Source of the DNA: Bugula neritina
Lineage: Eukaryota; Animalia; Bryozoa
DNA: 64,000 nucleotides
Assembly (NCBI GenBank): GCA_964035545.1
Contig: OZ037766.1
Span: forward strand, 1,364,001 to 1,428,000
Direction: 5' to 3'
Position 1 is the first letter of the stretch. The number at the start of each line of letters is the position of its first letter. Below, piece by piece: positions 63,884 to 64,000 of this stretch. A model generated the notes under the pieces. That model saw only the letters and a list, made by a program, of their open reading frames with translations. It was not told the DNA's origin and ran no database searches. Both the position numbers and the translations under genes were made by a program.

Positions 63884-64000
63884 CTGATAGAAGTACACAT
63901 GGAACATTCCAGAAGGAAATCTACTTTAAATAGAGTGACTGGTAGCTGGTTACTGTGTAGACAATAGTGACAGTTATCAGTCTAGACTTTCTAGACATAC

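Overview
AT-rich, intron-containing eukaryotic (invertebrate animal-like) genomic DNA. Most ORF-track entries are exon fragments or repeat artefacts. Manual GT-AG splicing gives five genes. (1) The 3' end of a heparan sulfate N-deacetylase/N-sulfotransferase (NDST, + strand, 2-1938). (2-4) Three intact head-to-tail + strand genes for type I cytokine receptors of the Domeless/gp130-like 'tall' class: A 10230-21842 (~1133 aa), B 31400-46628 (~1376 aa) and C 49620-61017 (~820 aa). (5) The 3' end of a PPM1E/PPM1F-like PP2C phosphatase (- strand, 63191-63883). The three receptors share a membrane-proximal CHR-3xFnIII-TM-Box1-like core but have different N-terminal module orders: A Ig-D1-Ig-CHR, B CHR-Ig-Ig-CHR, C CHR only. 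B and C show patchy near-identity, including intron flanks, that looks like gene conversion. Introns and spacers hold a hAT MITE with an 8-bp TSD, tRNA-derived SINE-like copies, a CpG-rich hairpin element, and many minisatellites that tend to abut or duplicate splice sites. All gene models come from reading by eye, with no database search or RNA evidence.
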